DNA from: Octopus sinensis
Lineage: Eukaryota
Direction: 5' to 3'
DNA length: 64,000 nt
NCBI RefSeq assembly: GCF_006345805.1
Contig: NC_043004.1
Coordinates: 73,346,001-73,410,000 of the forward strand
A program made the translations under genes and the position numbers. Each line of letters starts with the position of its first letter. Positions within the stretch are counted from its first letter, which is position 1. This document shows, piece by piece, positions 41,891 through 54,814 of this stretch. The notes under the pieces are model-generated. The model saw only the letters and a program-made list of their open reading frames with translations, did no database searches and was not told the origin of the DNA.

Positions 41891-41918
41891 TTTCCTAGTC
41901 TTAATAATAATAATAATA

Positions 41919-41970
<52 letters not shown>

Positions 41971-41972
<2 letters not shown>

Positions 41973-43598
41973 GGGAATCAAGTATTAGGAGATGTGAAAA
42001 TCGGGAGAGGCATTTTCTAGAGTTTGTCTCCATTGATCTTTGTGCTGGGAATAATCTCCTTGAGCGAAATAGTACAGAAAACAAAGTCCGGGTATGACCT
42101 GCGAAGAAGTAAGGTAAGACTGAACCACAAAATGTGAAGCAGAACATAACAGCCTCGTCTAGTTTGTGCAGATATTCTGCAATGGTATTAAGATGGAGTT
42201 TGGGCTCTCAAAATGCGCTACGATGGTGATGAGACGAGGAAAGCTTGTCAGGACAGGTGAAGTAATGAAGGCAATTCAACCCCAGTCCAGCTATAAATAC
42301 CTGGGAATACTTGAGGCAGATGGCATTAAATACGGCATGAAGGAAAAGACAAAAAGAAAGCACCTGCGGCGAGTGAGAACAACACTGGATTCAGAGCTGA
42401 ATGCCAGAAACATAATTTCGGCAATAAACTCGCGCGCAGTCGCAATACTTCGGTATGGCGCTAGAATTCTGAAGTGGACAGAGGAGGGGCTAAAGGAGAT
42501 GGACAGGAAGTCAAGCGAGCCCATCATCTACGTGCAGACACTAATCGCCTATATATGAAGAGAGCAATTGGAAGAAGTGGACTGATACGTGTGGAAGACT
42601 GTGTACGTATCGACCTCGAGAGCTTAATGAGATACCTGGCTCAAAGTAGGGAAACTTTGCAAGTGTCAGTTAGAAACGAAGGAATATTGAAAGCAGAGAA
42701 AAAAAAAAGAAAAACAAAGGAAGAAGTACAAAAAAACACACACATGAAGAAAAAGTATGCAACAAGGGATTACACAATAAATTCCATGTAGCCACAACAG
42801 AAGTTGCTGGAAGAAATAGGTGGGATTGGCTGAAGAAAGGAACACCAAAAAAAAAAAGAGAGAGAGCGAGAGCACTATACTGGCAGCGCAAGACCAAGCT
42901 TTGGCCACACACTGGAGAATCAGCCTTTGGAATGAGCAAGTGTCTCTGCTGTGCCGCAGTGGATGAAACCATTGCCCATATCACAAACGAATGTCCTAGA
43001 CTTTCCCAAAACCACTACAAATTGTGGCAACATGATGAAGTAGCGAAAGTGCTACATTCGAAACTGTGCAGAAAGTGAGGGCTAGAGAGAGGCAAGACGT
43101 GGTATGAACACAAACCTCAGAGAGTAGCCGAGTTGGAGACTAGTAAAATCATCTGGGATTTCCCAATCCAAACAGATCAGGTGCTAGAGCATAACAGTCC
43201 GGACCTAGTGGTGGTCGACAAGATGCACCACATGTGCTATATAGTTGATGTTGCAATGCCCCTTTGACCCAAGAATAGTCAAGAAGGAAGCCGAAAAAAT
43301 GGATAAATACAACGCTCTGAAGTACGAAACAGCCCGGCTATAGAAAATGAAGAAGGTGAAGATAGTGCCAATTATTGTTGGGTCCTTGGGAACCGTATCA
43401 GAAGGCATCAAGAGGAATATCAAGGAAATTGGAATAGTGTGCCCAGCAGAACTGTTACAACCAGAATAACCAGGAAAGTATTAGGCAGGTGAAAAGAACG
43501 GACAGCGTGATACTGTAGGCTGCAGGTAGCAAGCCCGCTACGCATGCAAGACTCCATGAGTTCCAACAAAACTTGTGATAAAAAGAAATCATAATAAT
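41971..43598 (+). mobile_element. 5'-truncated R4/Dong-type non-LTR retrotransposon (RT, CCHC knuckle, restriction-like endonuclease), pseudogenised
   Basis: GRGIF*SLSPLIFVL (RT domain 4), GIKMEFGLSKCA, YKYLGI, RLYMKRAIGRSGLI, LAAQDQAL, CLCCAAVDETIAHITNEC (42941), PDLVVVD...CYIVDVA (43199), EKMDKYNAL, IVPIIVGSLG; ends in ataataat. Confidence 0.9.
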
Positions 43599-43693
43599 AC
43601 ATAACCAAAATACCAGGACTTACGAATATATATATATATATACATATATATATTCGTAAGTCCTGGTATTTTGGTTATGTATTATTATGATTT

Positions 43694-43697
<4 letters not shown>
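43582..43697. repeat. Perfect inverted duplication (45 bp unique plus TA repeats) around a (TA)n pivot
   Basis: aaagaaatcataataatacataaccaaaataccaggacttacgaa and its exact reverse complement ending at 43697. Confidence 0.95.
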
Positions 43698-43744
<47 letters not shown>

Positions 43745-43766
43745 CATACATACATACATACATACA

Positions 43767-43802
<36 letters not shown>

Positions 43803-43956
43803 TAACATACAGAAAATAGCACTACTAGTAGGCTCCGCACACATCCTACGTAAAGCGCTTTCAATACAGTGAAAATAACAGCTCCAAAACAAACCACAGC
43901 ACATACCCAAGGTACACAGAGCTGCACTCAGTAGTGCAGTGAAAGCACAATATAAA

Positions 43957-43997
<41 letters not shown>

Positions 43998-44874
43998 TGA
44001 TGATGATGATGATGATGATAATTCAGCTCATATTGCAGATACTTTATACTACAGACGAATCAGAATACGCAACGCCAGAGAGAATAAAACGAAACTGTTG
44101 TAATTTACAAATACTGTTCTACATTGGTCAGAAATCAATGCTGCACCTAGCTCTGGGACAGCGAAGAGCCCCTAGGGGTTTGGTAGAAACTCTTAATATT
44201 ATTACTTTGTTAGGCATGATGGTACCAGGATGATGAGGCATTGTAACATGAAAAACAAGAGCATTGAAATGAGAAAACAGGCATGAAAGACTACATTATA
44301 ATAAAAATAATTTAATTAAAACAAGGCAAGAAGTTGACAGTCCCCTGAGGTCTATGACCGAATCCTATACATCTTAGGTCACCTTCACTATCAGCTGTGA
44401 TTTCGCAGCCTGCATTTGACGCATGCTGAGAGTAAATATCAATATCTGGTATAAACCGCTGAAAATTCTAATGGACCGACTAACTATTAATAACTCTAAG
44501 GGTTGTTAGCATGTATTCTGCGACGATTTCTATATTATATACGTGCTCTTTCAAATAACCTTGGTTAACCTAGTTACGCAGGAGCAGAAGCAATATGAAG
44601 GCAACGAAAATTTAATCTGCTTTTCTACGTTGAGTTCAAGTCAAGGTAGAAACAGCTGGCAAGAACTAACTTATTGCTGTGTGTCGAAGCTTAATACATA
44701 CTTTCTGAAACTGGCAATATCACTCAAAATTCTATCTACTTCTATTATAAATTTCAGTGCTTATATAAAACCAACACACACACACACACACACTCAATTA
44801 TATATATTTACATAGAGATGTATATAAGCATAGTGTAGTTTAAGTGACGCACTGTGTAATATATTTAAGGTTAA

Positions 44875-45050
44875 GACAAAACAACGGCTTGTACTTTATT
44901 TTATATTTCCATATTTCGAGCTTCAGGGCCTTCATCAGGAGAAAAATTGATCTCAATAGCTGCCTCGGTTTTCTCTTGATGAAGAGGTATTAACTCTGAA
45001 ATATCAAAATTTGGCTAAAAAATATTAGGTAAAGTTCAAGTCGTTTTGTC
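44875..45050. ncRNA. Foldback containing a divergent pair of hammerhead-like motifs
   Basis: Minus: CTGATGA(44938-44932)-aggc(cctgaa)gctc-GAA-A(ta)T-G. Plus: TTGATGA(44976)-agag(gtattaa)ctct-GAA-A(ta)T-C(45005). Outer arms gacaaaac...ttgtacttta / taaagttcaagtcgttttgtc. Confidence 0.45.
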
Positions 45051-46919
45051 TGCAATGCATCTGCTTCCACGCCTGTGTTTCAATTTGCCTTCTATTAGCT
45101 TTTAAACAATTTTATTCTAACATTTCACGCACACACACACACACGAACATATATAAAATACCGTAATTATACATAATTCTTGCTATTTTTATAAACTACT
45201 ACTCAAAACATGGATGGGTGCCAATACTGCACTCTGTTTATCTCTGAAAATTATCCTAATAGTGTATCTTTCACACATATGTAGGATAAATAGATCCCAG
45301 TTGTATTTGTATTGACTACAGATGGAAGCTAACTGGAATTTTACTTGCTTGGTCTTCATTTATTAAACAGGATTTCTCAGTGTCATGGGTGAAAGAAGTG
45401 GAACTAAACGGTGAAGAGTAGAAAGCTCTGCAGTGCAAAATAAAAATAGCCAACATCTAAGCTTGTGACGCATTTTAAACAACCGAGTAACGCTTCAGGA
45501 ACGTATGCATATCACAACTACTCGTATAGCTTCCTTCTGGAGTATAGACTTTTCTTGCTTACTGAAAGCATAAAGGCACACGTGCATAGATAGGTGAAGA
45601 GCACAGGAGTAAGACGTAAATTCCTGATAAGGCGATTTTACGAATCGGTTTCGATTCTTGTTGAGATCCAATCTACTGCATTTATGCTGTTAATGCTGCT
45701 GAGGGAAACGCTGGCGGTATAATTAGGTTACCCCTGCTGTATAAGTTTATGACCCTGTAAAATATAAATAATGTATGAAGGAAGCTGGCTCAGAATCTGC
45801 AAGTAAAATAGACTTTCAAACTGCCTCCAACTTGTTAGAAATCACAGTTTTTCTTTCATATTCCTTTGGAGTGGAAAATACAAACGGCTTCAGCTGGTAA
45901 TTGCCCATTTTAGTGCTTTTTTCATTTATTTGTCAAACCTTTCTTATATTAGGAACTTCGTAAAAACGGCGCCACTTTTGCCAAAGATTAGCGTTGATTG
46001 ATCAGTTAATATTGAGATCATTACGTGATGGACAAAATAAAAGTGCCACGCTGCAATAGCTATAACCGGAATCCAGTCCCCTACCCAAGGATTGGGGTAA
46101 TGTTTTGACGAGTCTGTAGGTCATTGCAATGAAACAATGCTGTCGGTTAATGTTGTCCATTTCTCAACGACCCCTCACACAGCACAAACATACCCAATTA
46201 TCAACGATGTTGTTTAGAAACTGCAAAGTTCTAAGAATATAAATATAGGGATTATGTTTAGTTAGCTAAACGTTGATTAAACTAAAAAACAATGTGTGAT
46301 ATGTGGTGGGGGTACTTATTTAGATTGTGTAGGTATATACATGTGTGTGTGTTATTAAGAGAAATTACTTTGTTGATGGGGGTCATAGGAAGATGGGAAA
46401 CTTTCACATGACCTTTTGCTTTCCAATTTCCTTTCTTTCTTATTATTACGTCGATCCTTTCAAAAGGAGCGATGAATGGATGCGGTGCCTATCGCATCAA
46501 AGGGTGTGCTGACTCGACACAAAGTTAATTGAGCGGCAGAGACCGAGCTACCGCAGGTCAATCAGTTAAACACAAAAGAACATTTTTTTTTAACTAAACA
46601 GAGCAAACCAAATCAACTGAATTTTCTAAGCAGGTCTCAATTAATTGATCCTTCCCACGCTAAACGGAAATTATATGTTAAGGTCTTCGGCTAAAAATGA
46701 TTGGAATATGCAGAAACAAAACTCATATCCGCGCGAGATTTGATCGGGATTATCTATTCTTCTGACATAAAAATTATCACTGATGACAGTTTCTAATCAA
46801 TCCTCCGAGAAAAGTTAATCCATTGAAATTTCTCCCTCACTCATTCCCTCCCTTCTTCTCAATCAAAATATATATCAGCCAATATCAGTCTATATTATTA
46901 GCTCTCAATATTCATCAGC

Positions 46920-47158
46920 AAAGGCGACAACCTGGCAGAATCGTTCGCACGCCGGGCGAAATGCGTAGCCGCATTTCGTCTGCCGTTACTTTCTGAGTTC
47001 AAATTCCGCCGAGGTCGACTTTGCCTGCCTTTCATCCTTTCGGGGTCGATAAATTAAGTACCAGTTACGCACTGGGGTCGATGTAATCGACTTGAACCGT
47101 TTGTCTGTCCTTGTTTGTGCACTCTGTGTTTAGCCCCTTGTGGGTAGTAAAGAAATAG
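46920..47158 (+). mobile_element. Family A SINE monomer, tail type 1
   Basis: aaggcgacaacctggcagaatcg...gttcaaattccgccg...ccccttgtgggtagtaaagaaatag. Confidence 0.9.
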
Positions 47159-47349
47159 AAAACGAAAGAAGAAAAAAAGATAAAAAATACACGCAACCAT
47201 ATTCTCACAATGCAAAGACATAAACCTCCTGCGTTCACAATGTTTACATGCGTACACACTCACACAAACATGTATACGTACATGCACATACACACACACG
47301 AACATATATGTATGTACGTACTCATACATACACATGCACGCATGCATAT

Positions 47350-47396
<47 letters not shown>

Positions 47397-47452
47397 ACCA
47401 AACCTCATCCTCATATAGACATAGGTGCTTACATGCATACACGTAACATAAA

Positions 47453-47511
<59 letters not shown>

Positions 47512-48831
47512 GAACTGGCCCGGATAATTGTAAAGAGTGAGCTCTGTTGAAGGTATCCAAATACCAAGCGATAAGGTTAAACAAAATAACGTATTCAGTA
47601 TCCCACCAAAGAGCAGATATAATCCATCCAACAAGCTTCGGTGTTGTTACCGTCAACACAATTTCATTCAATATGGTATCGACCAAGGCACGACAATACT
47701 CTCTCAAGGCGCGGCACAGAGGGTTCGAACTGGAAAATACAGCATTGCAAAACGAACTTTTTAATCATGCCTGCAAGTGCTTGTCAAGACAAAGCGATTT
47801 ATTGGATCGAGGATCAATGACGTCTATTTGACTGTGATTAAATTACATAAATATTTAAACATTCCTTCAACCGCAATTCTTTGTTGAAAGGGGGGAAAGG
47901 GTGGAATTCGGGGTATCTGTTAAGTAGTTAACGTGATTAAGTGAAGAAATTCCATCTCTTTTTTGCATACCCACGCGTATATGTCTGTGTGGTATGTTGT
48001 CAAGAATGAAAGTCGAAAAATTATGCTATGTCCCAGTGATTTAAGAGTTAATTATTTCACCTTTTATGTATCTGTATTTTAAGTGAGCTAAAAGGATTGT
48101 GTTGGTGAGAGTTTGTCCCACGCTGCCCAGCATGATGTAGGTTTATGTCGGTGCAATGGTCTACTTCTAGAACACCTAAAATGCAACACAAGCACTATGG
48201 AAAGAAATATATTTTAATGAGTGTGGGGTAAAAGGAGGGCGGCAGCGACAGGGAAGTTATTAAAAGAAAAATTTAGAATATTTAATGAAAAAACAAAATG
48301 AACCAAACGAATAAATAAACAAATAATTGAAGAAAGATAGAAAAAAATAGGATAGAGATAAGAGTATGGAGATGTAAATATAAAACAAAGAAGCGACAAA
48401 AAAAACAAATGAAAAGAAACCAGGTTTTATTACAATGTCGTCTTTTGGAAGACATGGTCTCTGGATTCGATTACACCAAATTCCCGACAATAAACTGCAA
48501 TATTATTCTCCTTTCAGCTAATATCTTTTTCGAGTGTTATGTTTTCAATATCGAAGACATAATTGAAATGTTTAATATAATTCCAATTTTTACGCCAGGC
48601 CAGCAGGTTTGAAAGGATGGGGAAAGCCGATCATATCAGCCCCGTACATGACTGATATTTTATTTTATCGGCTCCAAAAGGAAGAAAAGCTAGCAAAATT
48701 GTCGAAGACGGAACCGAAATATTTAACATAGTGAAAGAAGTTTGTGAGATCCGCTATCAACGATTTGAACTATGGAACCATATCGAACGAATCATTGAAA
48801 TGTTTGATATGATGAAACAAATTCGAATATT

Positions 48832-49603
48832 AAGGCGGTGAACTGGCAGAGTGGTTAGCACGCCGGGCAAAATGCGTAGCCGTATTTCGTCTGCCGTTAC
48901 GTCCTGAGTTCAAATTCCGCCGAGGTCGACTTTGCCTTTCATCCTTTCGGGGTCGATAAATTAAGTACCAGTTACGCACTGGGGTCGATGTAATCGACTT
49001 AATCTCTGTGTCTGTCCTTGTTTGTCCTCTCTCTGTGTAGCCCCTTGTGGGTAGTAAAGAAATAGGTATTTCGTCTGCTGTTACGTTCTGAGTTCAAATT
49101 TGCCTTTCATCCTTTCGGGGTCAATAAATTAAGGACCAGTTACGCACTGGGGTCAATGTAATCGACTTAATCCGTTTGTCTGTCCTTATTTGTCCCCTCT
49201 GTGTTTAGCCCCTTGTGGGTGGTAAAGAAATAGGTATTTCGTCTGCCGCTACGTTCTGAGTTCAAATTCCGCCGAGGTCGACTTTGCCTTTCATCCTTTC
49301 GGGGTCAATAAATCAAGTACTAGTTACGCACTGGGGTCGATGTAATCGACTTAATCCGTTTGTCTGTCCTTGTTTGTTCCCTCTGTGTTTAGCCCCTTGT
49401 GGGTAGTAAAGAAATAAGTACTTCGTCTGTCTTTTACGTTCTGAGTTCAAATTCCGCTGAGGTCGACTTTGCCTTTCATCATTTCGGGGTCAATAAATCA
49501 AGTACTAGTTACGCACTGGGGTCGATGTAAACGACTTAATCCATTTGTTTGTCCTTGTTTGTCCCCTTCTATGTTTAGCTCCTTGTGGGCAATAAAGAAA
49601 TAA
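48832..49603 (+). mobile_element. Family A SINE tetramer within one 15-bp TSD
   Basis: 50-nt head plus bodies at 48882-49065, 49066-49233, 49234-49417 and 49418-49603; TSD gaaacaaattcgaat at 48814-48828 and 49604-49618. Confidence 0.95.
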
Positions 49604-50154
49604 GAAACAAATTCGAATGTTATGCGAGCAATACTTTTAATAATGGTCCATCATCGAAATGTTTAACACAATGAAACATATGTGTGTGTGTTATGTTATC
49701 AGCAATTTTAACAATCGAACAATATCGAAAAACATTGTCTAACTATTTATGATAATGAAACACGCTTCTGTGTAACACGATCGACAGTTTTAACGACCGA
49801 TCAACAATGAAGGCATAATCAAACGGTTCTTTTGGTGAACCAGCCAGTCATTTCTTCAGACATAGTACATATTATCAATACCACATACATATGCGTGTTG
49901 TTAATCCGTTGTTGTTGCGGTATATTGTTTAAGAGAGGTCCATTTAAAGATACACAATATTGAAAAGACACAGTATATCTCAAAGCCATGCGAAACGAAA
50001 TCTCTCCGAAAATGAATAAGGACAGATATTTGGCATCTTTTTTCTGCTCATCCGCGTCGTCATTTACACGCGCACACATACCAACGCACACTTATATATG
50101 CATGTATACACTTACATACGTGCATACATAGCATGTATATATATATATATATAT

Positions 50155-50423
50155 AAAATTATAATTTAGGGTATTTAAGAGTTAGTTAGTTAGTTAGTTA
50201 ATTTTTTGGTTCAAAAAGCAAAAAGCAAGGCCATGTAGGGGGACATGGAGTTATGTACAGGGTGGTGTCCATGTAAAGAGTTCAGGCCATGTAAAGAGAT
50301 ACCACCACGCTGGAAATAGCACTCAAAACTTGACTCTAAAATATTTAATGTGGTTTTAGAGTCACGTTTTGACTGCTATTTCCAGCGTGGTGGTATTTCT
50401 TAGGTACCCTAAATTATAATTTT
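50155..50423. mobile_element. Foldback MITE interrupted by a short retro-insert with a (TTAG)n/(CTAA)n tail
   Basis: Outer arms aaaattataatttagggta / taccctaaattataatttt; inner 43-bp arms 50299-50341 / 50354-50396 with 2 mismatches; insert 50182-50293 flanked by aagag. Confidence 0.7.
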
Positions 50424-50500
50424 AAACAATTATTACCTTTGAAGGTTTTTATTCCCATGCTGGCCACCTGGTAAGATCGGTATTTAGATATCGATCTTAT

Positions 50501-50543
<43 letters not shown>

Positions 50544-50575
50544 CATATATGTACACATATATATAAGTTAAATAC

Positions 50576-50610
<35 letters not shown>

Positions 50611-51539
50611 TGTATGTATGTATGCATGTATGTATGATGTGTATATTTTATCTATAAATAAACAATAAAAAGTTCGACTGAAGAAGCTGTCAATGTGTAA
50701 TGGTTAAGTACGTAGCTTGTTTTCCTATAATAAATCAGTCGTTGTGATTTGAAACCTGAAGCCGCACTGCGAATTGTATAGATGAAAGATACCGTTGATA
50801 CACGTGGGTTCATTTCAGAGGGGGTTGTGTCAGATACTCTGTAGGAGGGCCTAATTCTAATAGTGGGAAATTGGTTCGATAAGCAAGATTACTTTTTAGT
50901 TTTTAGTTAAGAAGGGAAAGCAGAAGGGAAAGAAAGACGAAGAAGGAGAAGGCGGGGGGGGGAGGAAGAAAGAAAGCAGAGGAGGAAGTGGAATAATAAT
51001 AGCAAAGGGTTGGATTTCAAAGAAGGGAGGAGTAAAGAATTAGGGAGAAAGGAAGGAATATGGGACGGGATGAGGGTAAATGGGGGTGGGGGAAGAAATG
51101 TAAAAAAGGGCTACAAGAAAGGAGCGAAGTGAAATACATAAACGTATGTGTGCGTGTGTGTTTATAAGCCCGTGTGTATGTGTATGTATATTGCAATATA
51201 TATCTTTATGCATAAACTGCAGATATATTGTAAGGAAACTTGTTCCCAGAACATTAATGCTTGCAATTAAAGAGTGCTCCTTCATTTCTGCTGGATAAAT
51301 TTTACAAAAAAAAAGATTAGATAGATTTAATAAATCGAATATTATCCCATTGAAATGGCAGAAGAGCCTCTAGCAGACTTGCATTTTAGATTTGGACGTT
51401 TGTATTCATGCAAATGAATCCGTTGAAAGCCGGACTAAAATGTACAAAATGGCGATAAACGTCGGTGTGTTTTATGTCTTGTGACACTCTTGTGAACGGA
51501 AGATGATATAAAATGAGTCTGCAGCTCATGCGCAAAATC

Positions 51540-51945
51540 GATTGATGCTTACATACAAACATATATATGTACAAGCATATCGCGCATATATACAGACATA
51601 TAATTGTATGCATAGAAATCTATACATGCATACATATACATATATATATACATGTATACATATGCATACATATACATTCGAACACATACACACACATATA
51701 TACATGCATGCACACATTCATATATGCATAAATACATATACATACATATATATATATGCATACACACAGATACACACACATATATACATGCATGCACACA
51801 CATATACATAAATATATATACATACATAGATATACATACATTCATAGACACACATACACACACACACATGTATATATATATCAACCTTTCTGTATGTATG
51901 TATACATATATATACACACATCTGTCTGTCTGTCTGTCTCTGTCA

Positions 51946-52008
<63 letters not shown>

Positions 52009-52045
52009 CATCCATCCATCCATCCATCCATCCATCATCCATCTA

Positions 52046-52124
<79 letters not shown>

Positions 52125-52125
52125 G
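51540..52125. repeat. Degenerate (CA/TA)n plus (TCTA)n plus (TA)n microsatellite tract
   Basis: Direct inspection. Confidence 0.9.
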
Positions 52126-52192
52126 GAGTGTGATGAAGATAATGAATTCCGGATTTTCTCCATTTCTGTGTCTTCACTTAAATGAAGCTTAC

Positions 52193-52228
<36 letters not shown>

Positions 52229-53383
52229 ACACACACACGCACACACTGATTAAAAAAACACACGCATACGTACATACACATTCAAACACGCACCACATAA
52301 GTGAATGTACACACATGTCTACCACCAGACATTGTCGCTAACTTCACTAGAGTAGCAAAGCAAAAGATAAAAATTATGAATGTGGTAAGGAACGTCCACG
52401 TGTTATTTATTCTCTGTTACCGCGTTAAATATACACCTGAAACGTTACGCATAGAAAGTAACTCTTAAATAAGTAACTGTATACACATCCCCATATACAG
52501 ACATTTAAAGACATGCTTACACATGTATATATGTCCATTCTATACTCATACGTACACGAAATATAACGCAAATACGCATTAACAAAGAGCGAATGCTGCA
52601 TACAAGAATGCTAAGATGTCGTATTGTAACAAACTAACTGTGAATGAGGAGGGCAAAAGTTCAGGAGGAGTTTTATATGGAAGAAGACAAAGAAAAGTGG
52701 GCTGGGAATGGAGTTCTTTATAAACTGAAAGACTTTACATCTACAAAACTACGTTGTTTTCTGTATTTGTCTGTCTGTCTGTATGTCTGTTTAGAGGTTT
52801 GATTGGAAAGAATTCTGAGGCGAAGAAAGGTTATGGAATTATCCAGATGATTTGAATAATGTTTCCAAATGCGTTGAATGACACGAAGCCACCTGGAACC
52901 GAAGCGAAAACTTCCCAACCGTCATTTCAATATAGAGAATAGAATGTGACGGATTATGGAGTGTTGTAGTGGCGTGGTGGCGTGGTGGCGTCGTGGTTTG
53001 ATGTTATGGAGATGTTGGTGTTGGTTGAGAGGCGTGGTGGTATGCCAGTGTGGCAGTGTGGAGATGTGGGGATTGGCGAAATTGTTTATGTAGTTAACGT
53101 TTTGCAAGAAGAAATCCCATTCGACGCGTCGTTTACATCAGCATATACGAAAACAGACGGGTGCGCGCGTACACACGGACACACACACACACGCACACAC
53201 ACAGAGGCTTATGTGGTTAAGAAGATACATAAACAACCACAAGGATTCGCGATCATTTCCCATTGTGCGACACACTGGGCAGCCATCTTCAACTATGGTT
53301 TAGTGCTGCCCGATGTCTTGTGTGCGCAATTTCATGGAAAGAATCTGTTAAAGACCTCGTTGTTAATACACATACACACACAC

Positions 53384-53465
<82 letters not shown>

Positions 53466-53580
53466 GTCCTACATAGATACCTATACATACATACATATAT
53501 ATATATATGCATATATATATATATACGTATATATATGTAAACAAACGTCTATATATATATATATATATACATACATACAT

Positions 53581-53621
<41 letters not shown>

Positions 53622-53804
53622 CATATCTATTTGCACGTACATAGCATATGTAAATACTTATACATGTATGTATATATGCGTATGTTGATATGTATATATA
53701 CGTGTGTGTGTGAGTACATAAATATACACATACATCGTACATACATATCGACACACACACAAAGCCATACGTATACACTTTTAATGCAAAGATACACGCG
53801 CGCA

Positions 53805-53844
<40 letters not shown>

Positions 53845-54369
53845 CCCGTACAGAATGTGTAAAAGCATGTGTAAAGTACTCCACCAGGAAACTACAACAG
53901 CCGTAATTAACAGACTACATAACAAATAAATGTTAGTTTACCCTCTTTACAATAATATAACGTTGACCTCTAACCCTTCCATCTAATTCCTATCGACAGA
54001 ACTATTAAAACACACTTCAGCCTTCTCTCCTCTACGATGATCAATTCCCTCCCCTTCCTCTCCGAAAATATCATTAAAATCACCTCCTGAGCAACAGCTG
54101 CCTTTTTTCCATGGACGCCATTAGTGAGGTAGATAAGTGGAAGTCTTTATGCAGTCGCCTAATATGCTAGAAATAACAGTCATAATATTCCTCATGTCCG
54201 AAGCTAAAGTAGTAATATCGTACTATAAGAGGGAAGGACTCAGCCTTATATATATATATTCATTCGACTAAAAACTCAAGGCGGCGCCCTGCATGGCCGC
54301 AGTCTGATGACTGAAACAGGTAAATGATAAAAGAAGAAATGATGTGTGTGTGTGTGTGTGTGTGTGTGA

Positions 54370-54612
54370 AGGCGCATGGTTTAGTGGTTATGGTGTTGCA
54401 CTCACGACTGTGAGATCATGGTTTCGATTCGTTATCTTCTTGAGCAAAACACCTCATTTCACGTTGTTCTGCGATCATTTCGTCATCCGACATGTGGCAC
54501 GCGGTGCACATGTGCAGGTAATGTTGATTTGATGGAAGGAGCAAGGTTAAGCAAATCATATGTGGTTTTTCAGCAATTTCTTGCCGAACCCTCATATGTC
54601 GAGAGAGTCCAT
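54370..54612 (+). mobile_element. SINE family C
   Basis: ggcgcatggtttagtggttatggtgttgcactcacgactgtgagatcatggtttcgattc...cttgagcaaaacac. Confidence 0.75.
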
Positions 54613-54613
54613 G

Positions 54614-54687
<74 letters not shown>

Positions 54688-54778
54688 GTATATATATAGC
54701 TGAAATTTACAGAAAAACAAAAAACGAAGACAAGTATATAAACAACAAACAGTTTAACGCTCGGGAAGGTGAGAAAGT

Positions 54779-54814
54779 CTTTTACGTTTCGAGCCGACGC
54801 TCTTCAACAGAAAG
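54779..54814 (-). ncRNA. Minimal hammerhead-like motif with non-canonical core
   Basis: cttt-CTGTTGA-a-gagc(gtcg)gctc-GAA-A(cg)T-A-aaag: intact helix I and II, palindromic ACGT helix III; A6U change and one extra A. Confidence 0.5.

Noticed and set aside
43560-43598. Similarity between the Dong-like 3' end (cttgtg...aagaaat) and SINE tail 1 (cttgtg...aagaaat) as a LINE-SINE partnership
   Set aside because: Only 6+7 nt match with different spacing; insufficient without consensus alignment
46920-47000. tRNA genes at SINE heads
   Set aside because: A- and B-box-like motifs are present but there is no cloverleaf, and they continue into SINE bodies
48832-49603. CRISPR-like or satellite array
   Set aside because: Units are contiguous SINE bodies with no unique spacers; eukaryotic context
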